Below are positions 53,017 through 63,918 of a DNA stretch of 64,000 nt, in pieces. The notes beneath the pieces are model-generated. The model worked only from the letters and a program-made list of their open reading frames with translations. It made no database searches and was not told the origin of the DNA. Position 1 is the first letter of the stretch, and the number at the start of each line of letters is the position of its first letter. The stretch spans positions 2,496,001 to 2,560,000 of the forward strand of contig OY969696.1 of NCBI GenBank assembly GCA_963702005.1, written 5' to 3'. Both the position numbers and the translations under genes were made by a program. Source of the DNA: Candidatus Aminicenantes bacterium. GTDB taxonomy: Bacteria > Acidobacteriota > Aminicenantia > Aminicenantales > JAFGBC01.

Positions 53017-54045
53017 ATGAGCACGGCACAAAAAACCTACACCGTTGCCATAGCGGGGCTGGGAAAGCGCGGTACGCATCATGCCGACGCGATTTCCAAG
53101 AATCCGCGCTTCAAGCTGGTGGGCCTGTGCGACATTGATCAGACGCGCCTGGACGCGGCTCGGCACAAGTTCGGGGTGGCTGATGGCCACAGGGACGCGC
53201 GCCGAATGCTGGCCGAGGCCAAGCCCGATGTCTTTGTCTTTTGCACGTTGCCGCAAATCCGGCTGCCGCTCATCCGGGCAGGAGCCGAGGCGGGCGTCAA
53301 GCTTATCGCTTACGAGAAGCCCATCGCCATGTCTGTCAACGAAGCCTTGGATATGTACAAGCTCCTCCGGGAGGCGGACGTTAAAACGGTAGTGAGCCAC
53401 CAGCACCGCTATGGACTCCACTATCAAAAGGTGAAAGAGATTATCGCCAGCGGCGCTCTCGGACATGTACATACTGTCTATGGGCACGCCACCGGCTGGA
53501 TGATGCATATGATGACGCACCTGATCGAATACGCCAGTTGGTACAACAACTATGCTCCCGCCGAATGGGTCATAGGCCAGGCCGCGGGCAAGGAAAAGTT
53601 CGCGGATGTGCACTCTTCGCCCGACTATATCGCCGCGCTGGTGCAGTTTACCAACGGCGTACGCGGCATCATCGAATGCGGCGCGGGCGCTCCCGATGTG
53701 CCCGAGGTGGAGGCCTGGTGGCGCAAGTGCCGCATCGGCGCACAGGGCACAGAAGGCTTTGCCGAAGTGCTCACCGGCGGCGGCTGGCGCGCAGCGACCA
53801 AGAAGGGCGTGATGTCGGGCCCCGGCGGCATGGACTACGATCATGACATGCCGCCCTACATCCAGGACATTGCCAGCTGGCTGGATGATCCGAACAAAGT
53901 CCATCCCTGCGACGGCGAGACCGCTCTCAAAGGATTTGAGATCATGATGGCGGCCTGCCGCTCGGCGGTGCAACGCGGTAAAGTGAGTCTGCCGCTCGGC
54001 CCGGGCGAGCCGGAGCTTGAGGCTCTCCAGAAGGCGTTGCCATAG
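53017..54045 (+). CDS. Gfo/Idh/MocA family oxidoreductase
   Basis: AGLGKRG Rossmann motif, EKPIA, HQHRY. Confidence 0.88.
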   Translation: MSTAQKTYTVAIAGLGKRGTHHADAISKNPRFKLVGLCDIDQTRLDAARHKFGVADGHRDARRMLAEAKPDVFVFCTLPQIRLPLIRAGAEAGVKLIAYEKPIAMSVNEALDMYKLLREADVKTVVSHQHRYGLHYQKVKEIIASGALGHVHTVYGHATGWMMHMMTHLIEYASWYNNYAPAEWVIGQAAGKEKFADVHSSPDYIAALVQFTNGVRGIIECGAGAPDVPEVEAWWRKCRIGAQGTEGFAEVLTGGGWRAATKKGVMSGPGGMDYDHDMPPYIQDIASWLDDPNKVHPCDGETALKGFEIMMAACRSAVQRGKVSLPLGPGEPELEALQKALP

Positions 54046-54218
54046 TTGTCCGAGTCCCAGTGCCGGCGGTCAGCATCCTGCGCTGATAAGCCCTCCCCAA
54101 AGTTCACCACCTCGGCCCTTGAGTGAAAGTAATTTCCTTTTCCATTGGTCTCTGCAGATCCCGGAGTTGGCTCTCCTACGGATTTGTCATATGATGTTTC
54201 GGTAAGATCAAGCGAACA

Positions 54219-55358
54219 ATGAAAGCAAGGAACGGAGCTCTGATCGCGGGATTGCTCGTAGCCTTGGCGCTCGTATACGTCCTCCACATCCGCAAGGACA
54301 TGTCGGATTTCGGAGTTTACTATGCGGGGGGAACGAGGATTTTGAAAGGGGAGACCCTCTATCGCGCCTCGGACGGCCATCTCCAGTTCAAGTATGCCCC
54401 GGCTTCCGCTTTGTTCTTTGTCGGGCTGGCCGCACTTCCCTATGAAGCGGCCAAGGCCGTTTGGTATCTATTGAGCCTATGTTTCTTTTTTATTGTCGTT
54501 CGGTCGGGGCTCAAGCTCTTGCCGCCGGCCCGAATCCGTAAGGGCCTCCTTTTGACGCTGGGCTTTTTAGTTATAGCCAAGTACCTGGCCCGTGAGCTCG
54601 AGTTGGGCCAGGTCAACCTGCTCATTCTCTTCCTGCTCGGGATAACCGCGACCTCTCTCCGGGACGGCCGGCAGATCCCGGCCGGGATTACGACCGGCCT
54701 GTCCTTGTTCCTGAAGCCCTATGCCGTCATGTTCCTTCCCTATTTTCTCATCAAGAAAAAGTGGAAGGCCTTGCTGGCCGCCTTTGCTACGGCCTGCGTC
54801 GGCTTCGCCCTTCCGATGTTCGTCTATGGACCGGGCGGAAACTTATCCGTTCACAAGGAATGGATTTCATCATTAAAGCTATCGACCCAGGGTCTCCTGG
54901 CCGTTGGAGATAACGCCTCTCTCTTGGCGTTCATCTTGAAAAACATGGGACCGTTTTCGGGACGGACGGCAAGCCTGATTATGGCGGCGGCCGTCCTCAT
55001 ACTGGCCGTGCTTATGCTCGCCCTAATCCGGGCGGGCGGGAAGGTCGGGAAGGATCAGGCTTACGGACTCGAGATTGCGGTTCTCCTGGTCCTTATACCT
55101 CTGCTGTCTCCGCTCGGCTGGATTTACAATTATCTCTACGGCTTAGGGGCGGTCCTGTTCTTGATCGCCGGCATGGAGTATTTCCCCGTCGGCGTACGCT
55201 GTCTGATCGCGGTCGACTTGGCCATGATCGGCTTGACCTTGATCGAGGCCGTCGGCCGGAGAGCCTTCGATTTTTACAATGGGCACGCCTTGGCGGCCGT
55301 CAACTTCATTGTCGTGCTGGGCGGCTTGGCCTGGCTCCGCTTCAAAGGCCGGGCTTGA
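54219..55358 (+). CDS. GT87 (DUF2029) membrane glycosyltransferase
   Basis: DFGVYY, FKYAP, GQVN, LKPY, SPLGW; polytopic. Confidence 0.82.
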   Translation: MKARNGALIAGLLVALALVYVLHIRKDMSDFGVYYAGGTRILKGETLYRASDGHLQFKYAPASALFFVGLAALPYEAAKAVWYLLSLCFFFIVVRSGLKLLPPARIRKGLLLTLGFLVIAKYLARELELGQVNLLILFLLGITATSLRDGRQIPAGITTGLSLFLKPYAVMFLPYFLIKKKWKALLAAFATACVGFALPMFVYGPGGNLSVHKEWISSLKLSTQGLLAVGDNASLLAFILKNMGPFSGRTASLIMAAAVLILAVLMLALIRAGGKVGKDQAYGLEIAVLLVLIPLLSPLGWIYNYLYGLGAVLFLIAGMEYFPVGVRCLIAVDLAMIGLTLIEAVGRRAFDFYNGHALAAVNFIVVLGGLAWLRFKGRA

Positions 55359-55367
55359 GCGCCAATT

Positions 55368-57449
55368 TCATTTCCGGCCCAGGATCTCGTCGACGAGGGG
55401 CTTCGCGTCGTAGACCTTGAGAAGGGCCTCAAGGATGCCCCGGCTGTCGACCATGACCGAACGGGAGATGGTGTCCTCGTAGACGAACCGGGTCGGAAGG
55501 CTCTGGATGTTTCCGTCAAACAGGACGCCGACGAACTCGGCTTTTCTGTTGACGACCGGCGAGCCCGAGTTTCCGCCGATCGAGTCGCAGGTTGCCACGA
55601 AGTTCAGGGGAACGCCCCCATCCAGCGCCGACTTCTTCGCGACGTAGCTGGAAGGAAGCTCGTAGGGCGGCTGATTCCCGTTCTTGGCCGACTTGGCGTA
55701 GAAGCCGGTCAATGTCGTGACATAGGGAATTTTACGGCCGTTCTCGACATAGCCCTTGGCGACGCCGAAGCTCAAGCGCAGCGTGGACGTCGCGTCGGGG
55801 GCGATGGACGTCCCCTTGAGCTTGAACAGGGCCCTAGCGATCTGCGCGCCGTTCTTGATCTCGGCGGCCTCGACCTCCTTTTCGTAGCGGGAGCGTAGTC
55901 CGCGCGAGATGGGGTCCACCAGAAGGGCGAGCTTGATCATGGTGTCCTCGGAACGGCAGATCGATTCCCAGCCGCCCTCCAAATAGGACTTGCGGACCTC
56001 GATGTCCTTGAGCCGCGTTCCGGAAATGAGCTCGCGGGCGACATCCTGAGGCGTCCGACTCCCGAACAGCCATTTGATTTCCTGGACGTTCCCGAGCTCA
56101 TCCCGCAACTGGGCCAGCGAGTCGCCGAGCTTGACGATCTCGAACTCGTCATAGATGGGGAAGGGGGAGAGCAGAGACCTCTGGATCGAGGCCAAGTTGG
56201 CGTCGCGGTACTCCCGGAGGCGCTCGCTGTTGGGCTTCGTCCTCTCTTGGGCCAAGCGGACCAGGGTTCGGGCCGGTCCGAAATAAACGGTGTTAAGGCC
56301 CTGACCCCTTTCCAAGAAGCTGTAGGGTTTGAAGAACGAGGAGTAGGCCTTTTGAGCGGCTGCGATCTCGTCCCAGGCCTTTCCGTATTCGGCCTCGAGA
56401 GCGGCGTCCTTGCGGACGGCTTCCCGGAGCGCCTGTTCCTCGCGGGACTTTTTCTCCATAAGCGTCGTGTCAAGGAGGCCGGACTGATATCCGGTGACGG
56501 CCTTGAGGCTGTTTTCGACCCCGAACAGATTCCGGAGGGCGATTCGGGCTTCCTCGGCTCCTTTCTTGCTGTAATCGTGGAGCAGGGCCCGCCGCCGCTG
56601 AAGGTTGGAAATGGTGAAGGGATAGTTCGTGTCCCTCAGAAACTCGAGCTGGCTCAGGGTCAAGAGGCGTCCGGTCGATCCCGGGTTGCCGGAGCACAAA
56701 ACAAGCTCGCCTTCCTTGACGCCCTTCGGGCTCCACTTGAGATAGTGCGGAGTTTTGAGGGGTTGGCCGTTCTCGTAGACACGGAACAGAGAAACGTCCA
56801 GGTCGTAGCGGGGGTAAGTAAAATTATCGGGGTCGCCGCCGAAGAAGGCGATGCCGTACTCGACCGCGAAAACGAGCCGGACGTCGGAGAGGACTTTGTA
56901 CTTGTAAAGATGGAACAGGCCTCCCGAATAGAGGTTGACCACTGCGCATCTGAGGCCCGTCCGTTCCGACTCATCTTTTTCCATGACGGCGATGGCCTTG
57001 TCGATGGCCTCGGCCGCCTCGACAGTGCTCATGCCCGGCTTGACGGCGCCGGTCACCGGTCCGGTCACGTCGCTGATCTCCTGGAGGACCCAGAGCTCGA
57101 CGCCGGGGCATGGAAGCTCTTCCCGGCGAGTCCGGGCGTAGAACCCGGTCTTCATCAGGTCGCGATCCTTGGTCGACAGGTTTTGGATGGCGCCCTGGCC
57201 GACATGGTGGTTGGTCAGGACCAGACCGTCGGGCGAGACGAATGAGGCGGAAGCTCCGCCGAAGCGGACCGACGACAGCCGGAGATGGGTCAGCCATTCG
57301 TCGCTCGCGGCGAAGCCGTATTTTTTCTGGAGGAGATCCTTGGGGGCCATGTTGAAGAGCCACATCCCCTCGTCCGGGGCCGCGGGGCCGGCAAAGAAGA
57401 ATACGAGCAGGATGCCGCCGATGAAAGCTTTAATGAATGCTTTTTTCAT
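55368..57449 (-). CDS. S46 family dipeptidyl peptidase (DPP7/DAP BII-like)
   Basis: DEGMW, LTNHHV, GGDPDNF.YPR, PDATSTLRLSFG, GGNSGSP, FDGN. Confidence 0.94.
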   Translation of the reverse strand: MKKAFIKAFIGGILLVFFFAGPAAPDEGMWLFNMAPKDLLQKKYGFAASDEWLTHLRLSSVRFGGASASFVSPDGLVLTNHHVGQGAIQNLSTKDRDLMKTGFYARTRREELPCPGVELWVLQEISDVTGPVTGAVKPGMSTVEAAEAIDKAIAVMEKDESERTGLRCAVVNLYSGGLFHLYKYKVLSDVRLVFAVEYGIAFFGGDPDNFTYPRYDLDVSLFRVYENGQPLKTPHYLKWSPKGVKEGELVLCSGNPGSTGRLLTLSQLEFLRDTNYPFTISNLQRRRALLHDYSKKGAEEARIALRNLFGVENSLKAVTGYQSGLLDTTLMEKKSREEQALREAVRKDAALEAEYGKAWDEIAAAQKAYSSFFKPYSFLERGQGLNTVYFGPARTLVRLAQERTKPNSERLREYRDANLASIQRSLLSPFPIYDEFEIVKLGDSLAQLRDELGNVQEIKWLFGSRTPQDVARELISGTRLKDIEVRKSYLEGGWESICRSEDTMIKLALLVDPISRGLRSRYEKEVEAAEIKNGAQIARALFKLKGTSIAPDATSTLRLSFGVAKGYVENGRKIPYVTTLTGFYAKSAKNGNQPPYELPSSYVAKKSALDGGVPLNFVATCDSIGGNSGSPVVNRKAEFVGVLFDGNIQSLPTRFVYEDTISRSVMVDSRGILEALLKVYDAKPLVDEILGRK

Positions 57450-57533
57450 TATCGGTTGAACTCCTTTTTCATGAATGAGCCCTTATTATAGCCTAACCAT
57501 GCGAGAGACATGTAATTGTCTTGGCCGAATGTT

Positions 57534-58472
57534 TCAGCGGCGGTCGGGCCCGGCGAAAAAGATCGGGAAGCCGCGCGGCGGAAAAACATCCATGAGAGTG
57601 AAATCGACCCAAAACAGGCCCGAGACGTTCGGGACGGCGCGGAGCAAAGCCTTGCCGATGTCTCCCGGCGGGTCGACGAGCTTCCGCCACCAGGTTTTAT
57701 CCGCTTCATAGCCGAACTGGAACGCGACCGGATTGGAGGGAAAGGACCTTCCCCAGGCTTGGAGCTCCTCGACCATGGCGGCCAGAGACGGGAACTCCTG
57801 GCTGTCGTCGACGAACAGAATCGTCCCGCGGTAGTGGGGCGGCATCCTCTCGACCATCCAATGCTTGAGGAACAGGGAATAGGCGGAATTGTAGGACGCC
57901 ACGCGCGCGCTCCAGGCCAAGGCTTCGCTGTCCGTGACGGCGCGGCCGAACCTGTGGTCCCGCCAGGCGAGCCACTCGACGTCGACGCCGATGCCGCGCA
58001 GACAGGTATGGCTTCCGTATCGTCTAAGCACAAGGTCGATCAGGGTCGAGACGTCGGCATCACCCGGCTCGACCTGGAGCCAGACCGAAACGCCGGCCGC
58101 GTCGAAGAAACGGAGGAATTCCTCGTTCTGATCAACGGCCATGAAATAGACATGGGCAAAGGACCCGCCCGGGGAGGGGAAGTTGAGGCGGCATCCCGAA
58201 TCGTCCTCCACGACGCCGACGAGCCAGACGCCGCCAGGCCTCCCTTCAGGGAAGCGATTGGCCATGCTCTTTCCGACCAAGGCCCAGTAGAGGGGATTGG
58301 GGAACGGCGATATCCCGTAGCGCGACGACCTGAACCCGGCGTAGAGCGGAGGAACCCGGACGGCCCGGGCCGGTGCCGGGACCGGCCTCAATCCCGGACG
58401 GCGAGCATCGGCCTGAAAAGAGGGGACTAAGACAAGAACGGCCAACAGCCAGAAAGAAAAGACTTTTCTCAT
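57534..58472 (-). CDS. Secreted hypothetical protein (possible TIM-barrel glycosidase-like fold)
   Basis: Signal peptide; WLQVEPG, GIGVDVEW (DxE), FLKHW, FVDDSQ. Confidence 0.6.
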   Translation of the reverse strand: MRKVFSFWLLAVLVLVPSFQADARRPGLRPVPAPARAVRVPPLYAGFRSSRYGISPFPNPLYWALVGKSMANRFPEGRPGGVWLVGVVEDDSGCRLNFPSPGGSFAHVYFMAVDQNEEFLRFFDAAGVSVWLQVEPGDADVSTLIDLVLRRYGSHTCLRGIGVDVEWLAWRDHRFGRAVTDSEALAWSARVASYNSAYSLFLKHWMVERMPPHYRGTILFVDDSQEFPSLAAMVEELQAWGRSFPSNPVAFQFGYEADKTWWRKLVDPPGDIGKALLRAVPNVSGLFWVDFTLMDVFPPRGFPIFFAGPDRR

Positions 58473-58593
58473 CGGGTGCGCCCTCGCAGCGTTATTTCTG
58501 CTCCTCATGATAACGATTTTCAGGCCACCTGTCATTCAGCTTTTATTTTTGGGGGGTCATTCGGCTATGATAGAGGGCCCGAAGGAACCCGTC

Positions 58594-58830
58594 ATGAGGC
58601 TGACCGAAGCGCCGTTCGAAATCCCGCTAACGATCGCCACTATCCAGGGAGGCGAAGCGGGACGGCGCCGCCTCCTGGCCCTGGGCTTTCATCCGGGCGA
58701 CCTGGTTTTAATCGTCTCCCGAGGAATTCTGAACGGTCCGCTCCTCGTCCGAAACCTGGCGGCCGATGTCACTGTGGCGCTCGGCCGGGGCGTCGCCCAA
58801 AAAATCCGGGTCGAGATCGGGGATGATTGA
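58594..58830 (+). CDS. feoA: FeoA family protein (no feoB in the window)
   Basis: RRLLALGFHPG, GPLLV, ALGRGVAQKI.V. Confidence 0.85.
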   Translation: MRLTEAPFEIPLTIATIQGGEAGRRRLLALGFHPGDLVLIVSRGILNGPLLVRNLAADVTVALGRGVAQKIRVEIGDD

Positions 58831-58928
58831 GGCCGGCGCTAGGCGCTGCTCTCGGTCGGCTTAAGTGTCGGAGTCGCGCTCGTGCTGAGCCATCTCGCCC
58901 GCGTTATCCAAGAGGATTGACCAAGAAG

Positions 58929-60536
58929 CTAACGGCCCAGCATGCGCTTCTCGCGCCGTTTCCGGTGAAAGGTGACGGCGAAGCGGTGGGCCTCGTCCCG
59001 GATTCGCTGGAGGAGCTTGAGGGCGGGGGAGGTCCGGTCGAGCCGAAGGCCGTCCCGGTCGGCCTCGCTGAAAATGATTTCTTCCTTCTTGGCGAGGGAG
59101 GCGACGGGAATCCCGTCCAGGCCGAGGTCGCGAAGAGTCTTAAGGGCCGACCCGCGCTGGGGTTTTCCGCCGTCCACGAAGACGAGGTCGGGGAGGGTCG
59201 TTCCCTCCTCGAGGGAGCGGCGATAGCGGCGGGCGATGACCTCGCGCAGGCCGGCCACGTCGTTGGGCCCGTCCACCGTCTTGACCTTGAACTTTCGGTA
59301 TTCCGATTTTTTGGGCCGCCCGTCCTCGAACACGACCAGGGAGCCGACCGATTCGGTCCCGCCCGTGTTGGAAATATCGAAGCCCTCGATGCGGCGGAGG
59401 GGCCCCTTGAGGCCGAGGACGTTCCCGAGTTCGTCGATTCCCGAGGAAGGGGCCGACCTTTCCGTGAGGAGGAGCCGAGCATTCCGGTCGGCGAAATCGA
59501 TGAGCTGCTTTTTCCGTCCTTTTTTGGGAACGACCAGCGGGAGCCGGCCTTTACCGCCCGGGGACGGTTCGAAGGGGACAAGGATTTCTCCTGCCGTCAG
59601 CGGTACGTTCTTGTAATAATCCAACAGAAACTCGCCGAGGATCCCGGCCGGCTCGCGGTCGGGAGCGGCCGCGATGACGAACGGCTTCGATTCGAGGACT
59701 TTCCCCTTCCGCATGAGGAACACCATGAGGGCCGCCGTCGTGCCCTCCCGGTCGAACCCTACGATGTCCAGGTCGCTTCGGATCGGACTGATGAGCCGGG
59801 GGCCCGTCTTGACGTCTTCAACCGCCCTTAGGGCGTCCCTCCACCAGGCGGCGAGCTCGAACTCTTCCCGGGCCGCCGCCTCTTCCATCTTACGGGTCAG
59901 CGAGGCCTTGAGCTCGTCGGTCCGGCCTTCGAGAAGGAGAAGGGCGTGCCGGACGCTTTCACGGTAGTGCTGGGCGGACAGGGCGGCGACGCAGGGGGCC
60001 GAACACAATCCGATCTCGTGGTCGAGGCAGGGTCTGCGCCGCTTCCCGGGGATTTTTTCTTCGCAGCCCCGGACGCCGAAGTAGGTGTTGATGATCTGGA
60101 TAGTCCGCCGGGCCCGACTGGGCGGGGCGAAAGGGCCGAAGTAGCGGGCGCTGTCGTCGGCGACCTTGCGTGTAAAATAGACGCCGGGAAACTCGTCCTG
60201 GACGGTTAGTTTGAGATAGGGAAAGCTCTTGTCGTCCTTGAGCCGCAGGTTGAACTTGGGCTGGGCGTTCCGGACGTAATTGCTCTCGAGAAAGACGGCG
60301 TCCTTCTCGGTCTCCGTCAGGAGATAGTCGATATCGGCCGTTTCCCGGAGAATGTTGCGGACCTTGGGATCCAAGGTCGGCTGGAAGTAGGAGCGGACCC
60401 GGTCTTGAAGGGAGCGTGCTTTGCCGATGTAAATGACCTTGCCCTTGGCGTCCTTAAAGAAGTATATGCCGGGCGAGCGGGGGAGTTCCTCGACTTTGGC
60501 CGTCAAGCGAGAACGGTTGTCGGTTTGCTTTTTCAA
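58929..60536 (-). CDS. uvrC: Excinuclease ABC subunit C (lacks the C-terminal HhH domain)
   Basis: GIY-YIG PGIY...YIGKA, Cys-rich region, [23 protein letters not shown]; TTG start overlapping the uvrB stop. Confidence 0.94.
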   Translation of the reverse strand: MKKQTDNRSRLTAKVEELPRSPGIYFFKDAKGKVIYIGKARSLQDRVRSYFQPTLDPKVRNILRETADIDYLLTETEKDAVFLESNYVRNAQPKFNLRLKDDKSFPYLKLTVQDEFPGVYFTRKVADDSARYFGPFAPPSRARRTIQIINTYFGVRGCEEKIPGKRRRPCLDHEIGLCSAPCVAALSAQHYRESVRHALLLLEGRTDELKASLTRKMEEAAAREEFELAAWWRDALRAVEDVKTGPRLISPIRSDLDIVGFDREGTTAALMVFLMRKGKVLESKPFVIAAAPDREPAGILGEFLLDYYKNVPLTAGEILVPFEPSPGGKGRLPLVVPKKGRKKQLIDFADRNARLLLTERSAPSSGIDELGNVLGLKGPLRRIEGFDISNTGGTESVGSLVVFEDGRPKKSEYRKFKVKTVDGPNDVAGLREVIARRYRRSLEEGTTLPDLVFVDGGKPQRGSALKTLRDLGLDGIPVASLAKKEEIIFSEADRDGLRLDRTSPALKLLQRIRDEAHRFAVTFHRKRREKRMLGR

Positions 60537-62527
60537 AGCCCCAGCTCCAATTCCCGCTTTTTGAGCGTGTTGAGCTCGTCGCGGAGCTTGGCCGCCTTCT
60601 CGAACTCGAGGTTGCGGGCGGCCTGGCGCATGAGCGTCTCCAACTCCTCGATCCTTTTCTGGCGCTTGGCGGGGGAGAGGAGCTCGTCTTTTTCCTCCGC
60701 GAGACGGGTGTAGTCCAGATAGTCACGTTCGTAGATACTGGTCAGGACTTCGTCGATCCGCTTCCGGATGGACTGGGGCGTGATGCCGTTTCGCCGGTTG
60801 TGCTCCTCCTGGATGGCGCGGCGCCGGTTCGTCTCCTGGATGGCCCGCTTCATGGACTCGGTCATGACGTCGGCGTAGAGGAGGACCTTGCCGGATACAT
60901 TCCGGGCCGCCCGGCCGAAGGTCTGGACCAGGGCGCTGGCCGAGCGGAGGAAGCCTTCCTTGTCGGCGTCGAGGACGGCAACCAGCGAGACCTCGGGCAG
61001 GTCGAGACCCTCGCGGAGGAGGTTGATTCCGACCAGGACGTCGAAAACGCCTTTTCTCAGGTCGCGCAGGATCTTGACCCGATCCAGGGTTTCGATGTCC
61101 GAGTGCAGGTAGCGGACGCGAAGGCCACGCTCATGATAATAGCGGGTCAGATTCTCGGCCATCTTCTTGGTCAAGGTCGTGACCAGGGTCCGTTCGCCGC
61201 GGGCCGCCCGGACCCGAATCTCCTCCATCAGGTCGTCGACTTGGCCGCCGATGGGCCGGACCTCGGTCTCGGGATCGGCCAGGCCGGTTGGCCGGATGAT
61301 TTGCTCGGCGATCCGATCCGCCGCCTTCCTCAATTCGTAGGGCCCCGGCGTCGCCGAAACGGCGATAACCGAGCCGACCCGCCCCTCGAACTCGGCGAAG
61401 TTCAGGGGCCGGTTGTCGAGGGCCGAGGGCAGCCGGAAGCCGTGCTCGATCAGGGTCAGCTTCCGCGATCGGTCGCCCTGGTACATGCCCGCGATCTGGG
61501 GAACGGTCACGTGCGATTCATCGATGATGGTCAGGAAGTCGTCCGGATAATAATCGAGCAGCGTGTAGGGGGGCTCGCCGGGACGGCGGCCGCTCAGGAA
61601 CCGGGAGTAGTTCTCGATGCCGGGGCAATAGCCGAACTCGCGGAGCATCTCGAGGTCGAACAGGGTCCGCTCCTCGATCCGTTCGGCTTCGACGAATTTC
61701 CCCAGCCCCTGAAAATAGGCGACCCGTTCCTTGAGCTCGCGTTCGATTTCGTTCGCGGCGCCCCGCAGGGTCGCGGCCGGCGTCGAGAAGAAGGTTCTGG
61801 GGTGGATGAGGATTTTATCAAGCGCGCCCAGCGTCGTTCCCAGAAGCGGGTCGAGCCTTGACAGGGCCCGGACCCGGTTGTCCTCGAGCTCGATCCGGAA
61901 GGCGACGTCCGCATAGGAGGGAAAGACATCGACGATGTCGCCCCGGACGCGGAAGCCGCCCCGCTTGAAGTCGTCCTCCTGGCGCTCGTATTGGATCTCG
62001 ACGAGATGATCGAGAAGGCTCTTGCGAGTCAGGCTCTGGCCCGTCTCGACGGCGAAAGTCATGGCGTAGTAGGTCTCGGGCGCCCCGATGCCGTAGATGC
62101 AGGAGACCGAGGCGACGATGATGACGTCCCGGCGCTCGAACAGGGCGTTCGTGGCGCAGAGGCGGAGCCGGTCGAGCTCGTCGTTGATGGTCGCTTCCTT
62201 GGCGATATAGGTGTTCGAGGACGGGATATAAGCCTCGGGCTGGTAGTAATCGTAATAGCTGACGAAATACTCGACGGCGCTCTCCGGGAAGAAACGCCTG
62301 AACTCCTGATAGAGTTGGGCGGCCAGCGTCTTGTTATGGGAGATGACCAAGACCGGACGCTGGACCCTGGCGATCAGGTTGGCCATGGTGAAGGTCTTTC
62401 CCGAGCCGGTCACGCCCATAAGGACCTGGTGGAGAGCCCCGGCGGCCAGGCCGGCGGTCAAAGTCTCGATAGCGCTCCCCTGGTCACCCTGGGGGGTGAA
62501 TTCGGAACGTAAGACGAATTTATTCAT
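60533..62527 (-). CDS. uvrB: Excinuclease ABC subunit B
   Basis: [47 protein letters not shown]-terminal UVR domain. Confidence 0.98.
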   Translation of the reverse strand: MNKFVLRSEFTPQGDQGSAIETLTAGLAAGALHQVLMGVTGSGKTFTMANLIARVQRPVLVISHNKTLAAQLYQEFRRFFPESAVEYFVSYYDYYQPEAYIPSSNTYIAKEATINDELDRLRLCATNALFERRDVIIVASVSCIYGIGAPETYYAMTFAVETGQSLTRKSLLDHLVEIQYERQEDDFKRGGFRVRGDIVDVFPSYADVAFRIELEDNRVRALSRLDPLLGTTLGALDKILIHPRTFFSTPAATLRGAANEIERELKERVAYFQGLGKFVEAERIEERTLFDLEMLREFGYCPGIENYSRFLSGRRPGEPPYTLLDYYPDDFLTIIDESHVTVPQIAGMYQGDRSRKLTLIEHGFRLPSALDNRPLNFAEFEGRVGSVIAVSATPGPYELRKAADRIAEQIIRPTGLADPETEVRPIGGQVDDLMEEIRVRAARGERTLVTTLTKKMAENLTRYYHERGLRVRYLHSDIETLDRVKILRDLRKGVFDVLVGINLLREGLDLPEVSLVAVLDADKEGFLRSASALVQTFGRAARNVSGKVLLYADVMTESMKRAIQETNRRRAIQEEHNRRNGITPQSIRKRIDEVLTSIYERDYLDYTRLAEEKDELLSPAKRQKRIEELETLMRQAARNLEFEKAAKLRDELNTLKKRELELGL

Positions 62528-62596
62528 CGGTTCCATTATAGTCGAATCCGTAAAACGATCGAGGGGTAAGATGTTGGGGTCCCGTCGCGGCACACC

Positions 62597-62678
62597 CCCG
62601 CACTCATGGAGCCGTTATCCAGTTTTAGGCCGCCTTAATTGACTCAATTTATCTTGTCAACGGCTCCACGAGTACGGG
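62597..62678. repeat. 20-bp imperfect inverted repeat with a 42-bp spacer between divergent uvrB and the CsgG-like gene
   Basis: CCCGCACTCATGGAGCCGTT (62597-62616) versus AACGGCTCCACGAGTACGGG (62659-62678): 18/20 complementary. Confidence 0.7.
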
Positions 62679-62819
62679 AGGCCTCGCCGTCCTCACGAGA
62701 CTCGGCTAGATGGGACAAGGTTCGTTGCCGTTTGCTTAGTTGTTTTGACAAACCCGCCGGAGCCATGTATTCTAAAAAGACATAAAGACATGTCGTAAAT
62801 TCGATCGGGAGGAGGAACG

Positions 62820-63545
62820 ATGAAAAAATTCGTATGGATCTTTTTAACCCTCTGCGCCGTCATCTCCTGCCTGGGCGTCGCCGGTTCGGCCCAGGACGAA
62901 AAGCCGCGGCTGGGCGTCCTGCGCTTCACGAACCAGACTTCGGCCGGCTGGTGGAGCCAATCGGTCGGCGAGGAGCTCTCGGACATGCTGGCCTCGGAGC
63001 TGGTCAGCACGGGATCGTTCGCGGTCCTGGAGCGGCGGGAGCTCGACGCCGTCCTGGGCGAACAGGACCTGAGCGCCTCGGGTCGGGTCAGCGCGGCGAC
63101 CAAGGTCAAGATGAAAAAGCTCAAGGGCGCCCAATTCCTGGTAGCGGCCACGGTCTCCTCCTATGAGGAAGGCGTCAAGGGCGCGGGCGGCGGCGTCAGC
63201 TTCAAGGGGATCAGCCTGGGCGGCAATAAAGACAAGGCCTACATCGCCGTCGACCTTAAGGTCATCGATACGGAAACGGGAGAGATCGTGGACACCAGGA
63301 CGATCGAGGCCGAGGCCAAGGGCCAGGGCCTGAGCGCCGGGCTCAATTATAAGGGCTTCTCGGCCCAGGGCGGAGGCTACGAAAAAACGCCGGCCGGGAA
63401 GGCCATTCGGGCTTGCGTCATCTACATATCCGAGTATTTGTCATGCTCGCTCGTCGAGGGCCGGGATGCCTCCTGCATGAAAAAATGGAATGAGATGGAG
63501 CAGAAGCGGAGAGATAGGACCAAGGGCGCGATCGAAATCAAGTAG
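62820..63545 (+). CDS. CsgG/HfaB family exported protein
   Basis: Signal peptide; F.VLER.ELD.VL.EQ, VDLKVIDTETGEIV; GGAGGA RBS. Confidence 0.85.
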   Translation: MKKFVWIFLTLCAVISCLGVAGSAQDEKPRLGVLRFTNQTSAGWWSQSVGEELSDMLASELVSTGSFAVLERRELDAVLGEQDLSASGRVSAATKVKMKKLKGAQFLVAATVSSYEEGVKGAGGGVSFKGISLGGNKDKAYIAVDLKVIDTETGEIVDTRTIEAEAKGQGLSAGLNYKGFSAQGGGYEKTPAGKAIRACVIYISEYLSCSLVEGRDASCMKKWNEMEQKRRDRTKGAIEIK

Positions 63546-63918
63546 CCGATCGGCTGATCTTGATGCTTCCCTTGAATTGAGCGCCGTCCTGAATCGCGAC
63601 CCGGGCGGCGGCTAAGTCTCCGTTCATTTTTGCCTGGGCTGCGATCAGAATGCGGCCGGACGCCTCGACATCCCCGCTGAGAGTCCCCGAAACCTCGACG
63701 TCGGCGGCGACGATATCGGCCTCGACCAGGGCGTCGGGGGCAACGGTCAGGTTGGAGTCGGGGAGCGCGATCGTCCCTTCAAAGCGGCCTTCGATGACAA
63801 GGTTGCCGGATCCGGCCAGATCGCCTTTGAAGGACATGCCCGGACCCAAGTGCGAGGCGGGACCTGGCGGCAAAGCGGCCTTGTCCGTCGGCGGTTTGGG
63901 GTTTTCGCTCTTGTTCAT
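63538..63918 (-). CDS. Bactofilin (polymer-forming cytoskeletal protein)
   Basis: Repeating G-x-hydrophobic beta-helix pattern ending IQDGAQFKGSI. Confidence 0.88.
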   Translation of the reverse strand: MNKSENPKPPTDKAALPPGPASHLGPGMSFKGDLAGSGNLVIEGRFEGTIALPDSNLTVAPDALVEADIVAADVEVSGTLSGDVEASGRILIAAQAKMNGDLAAARVAIQDGAQFKGSIKISRSAT

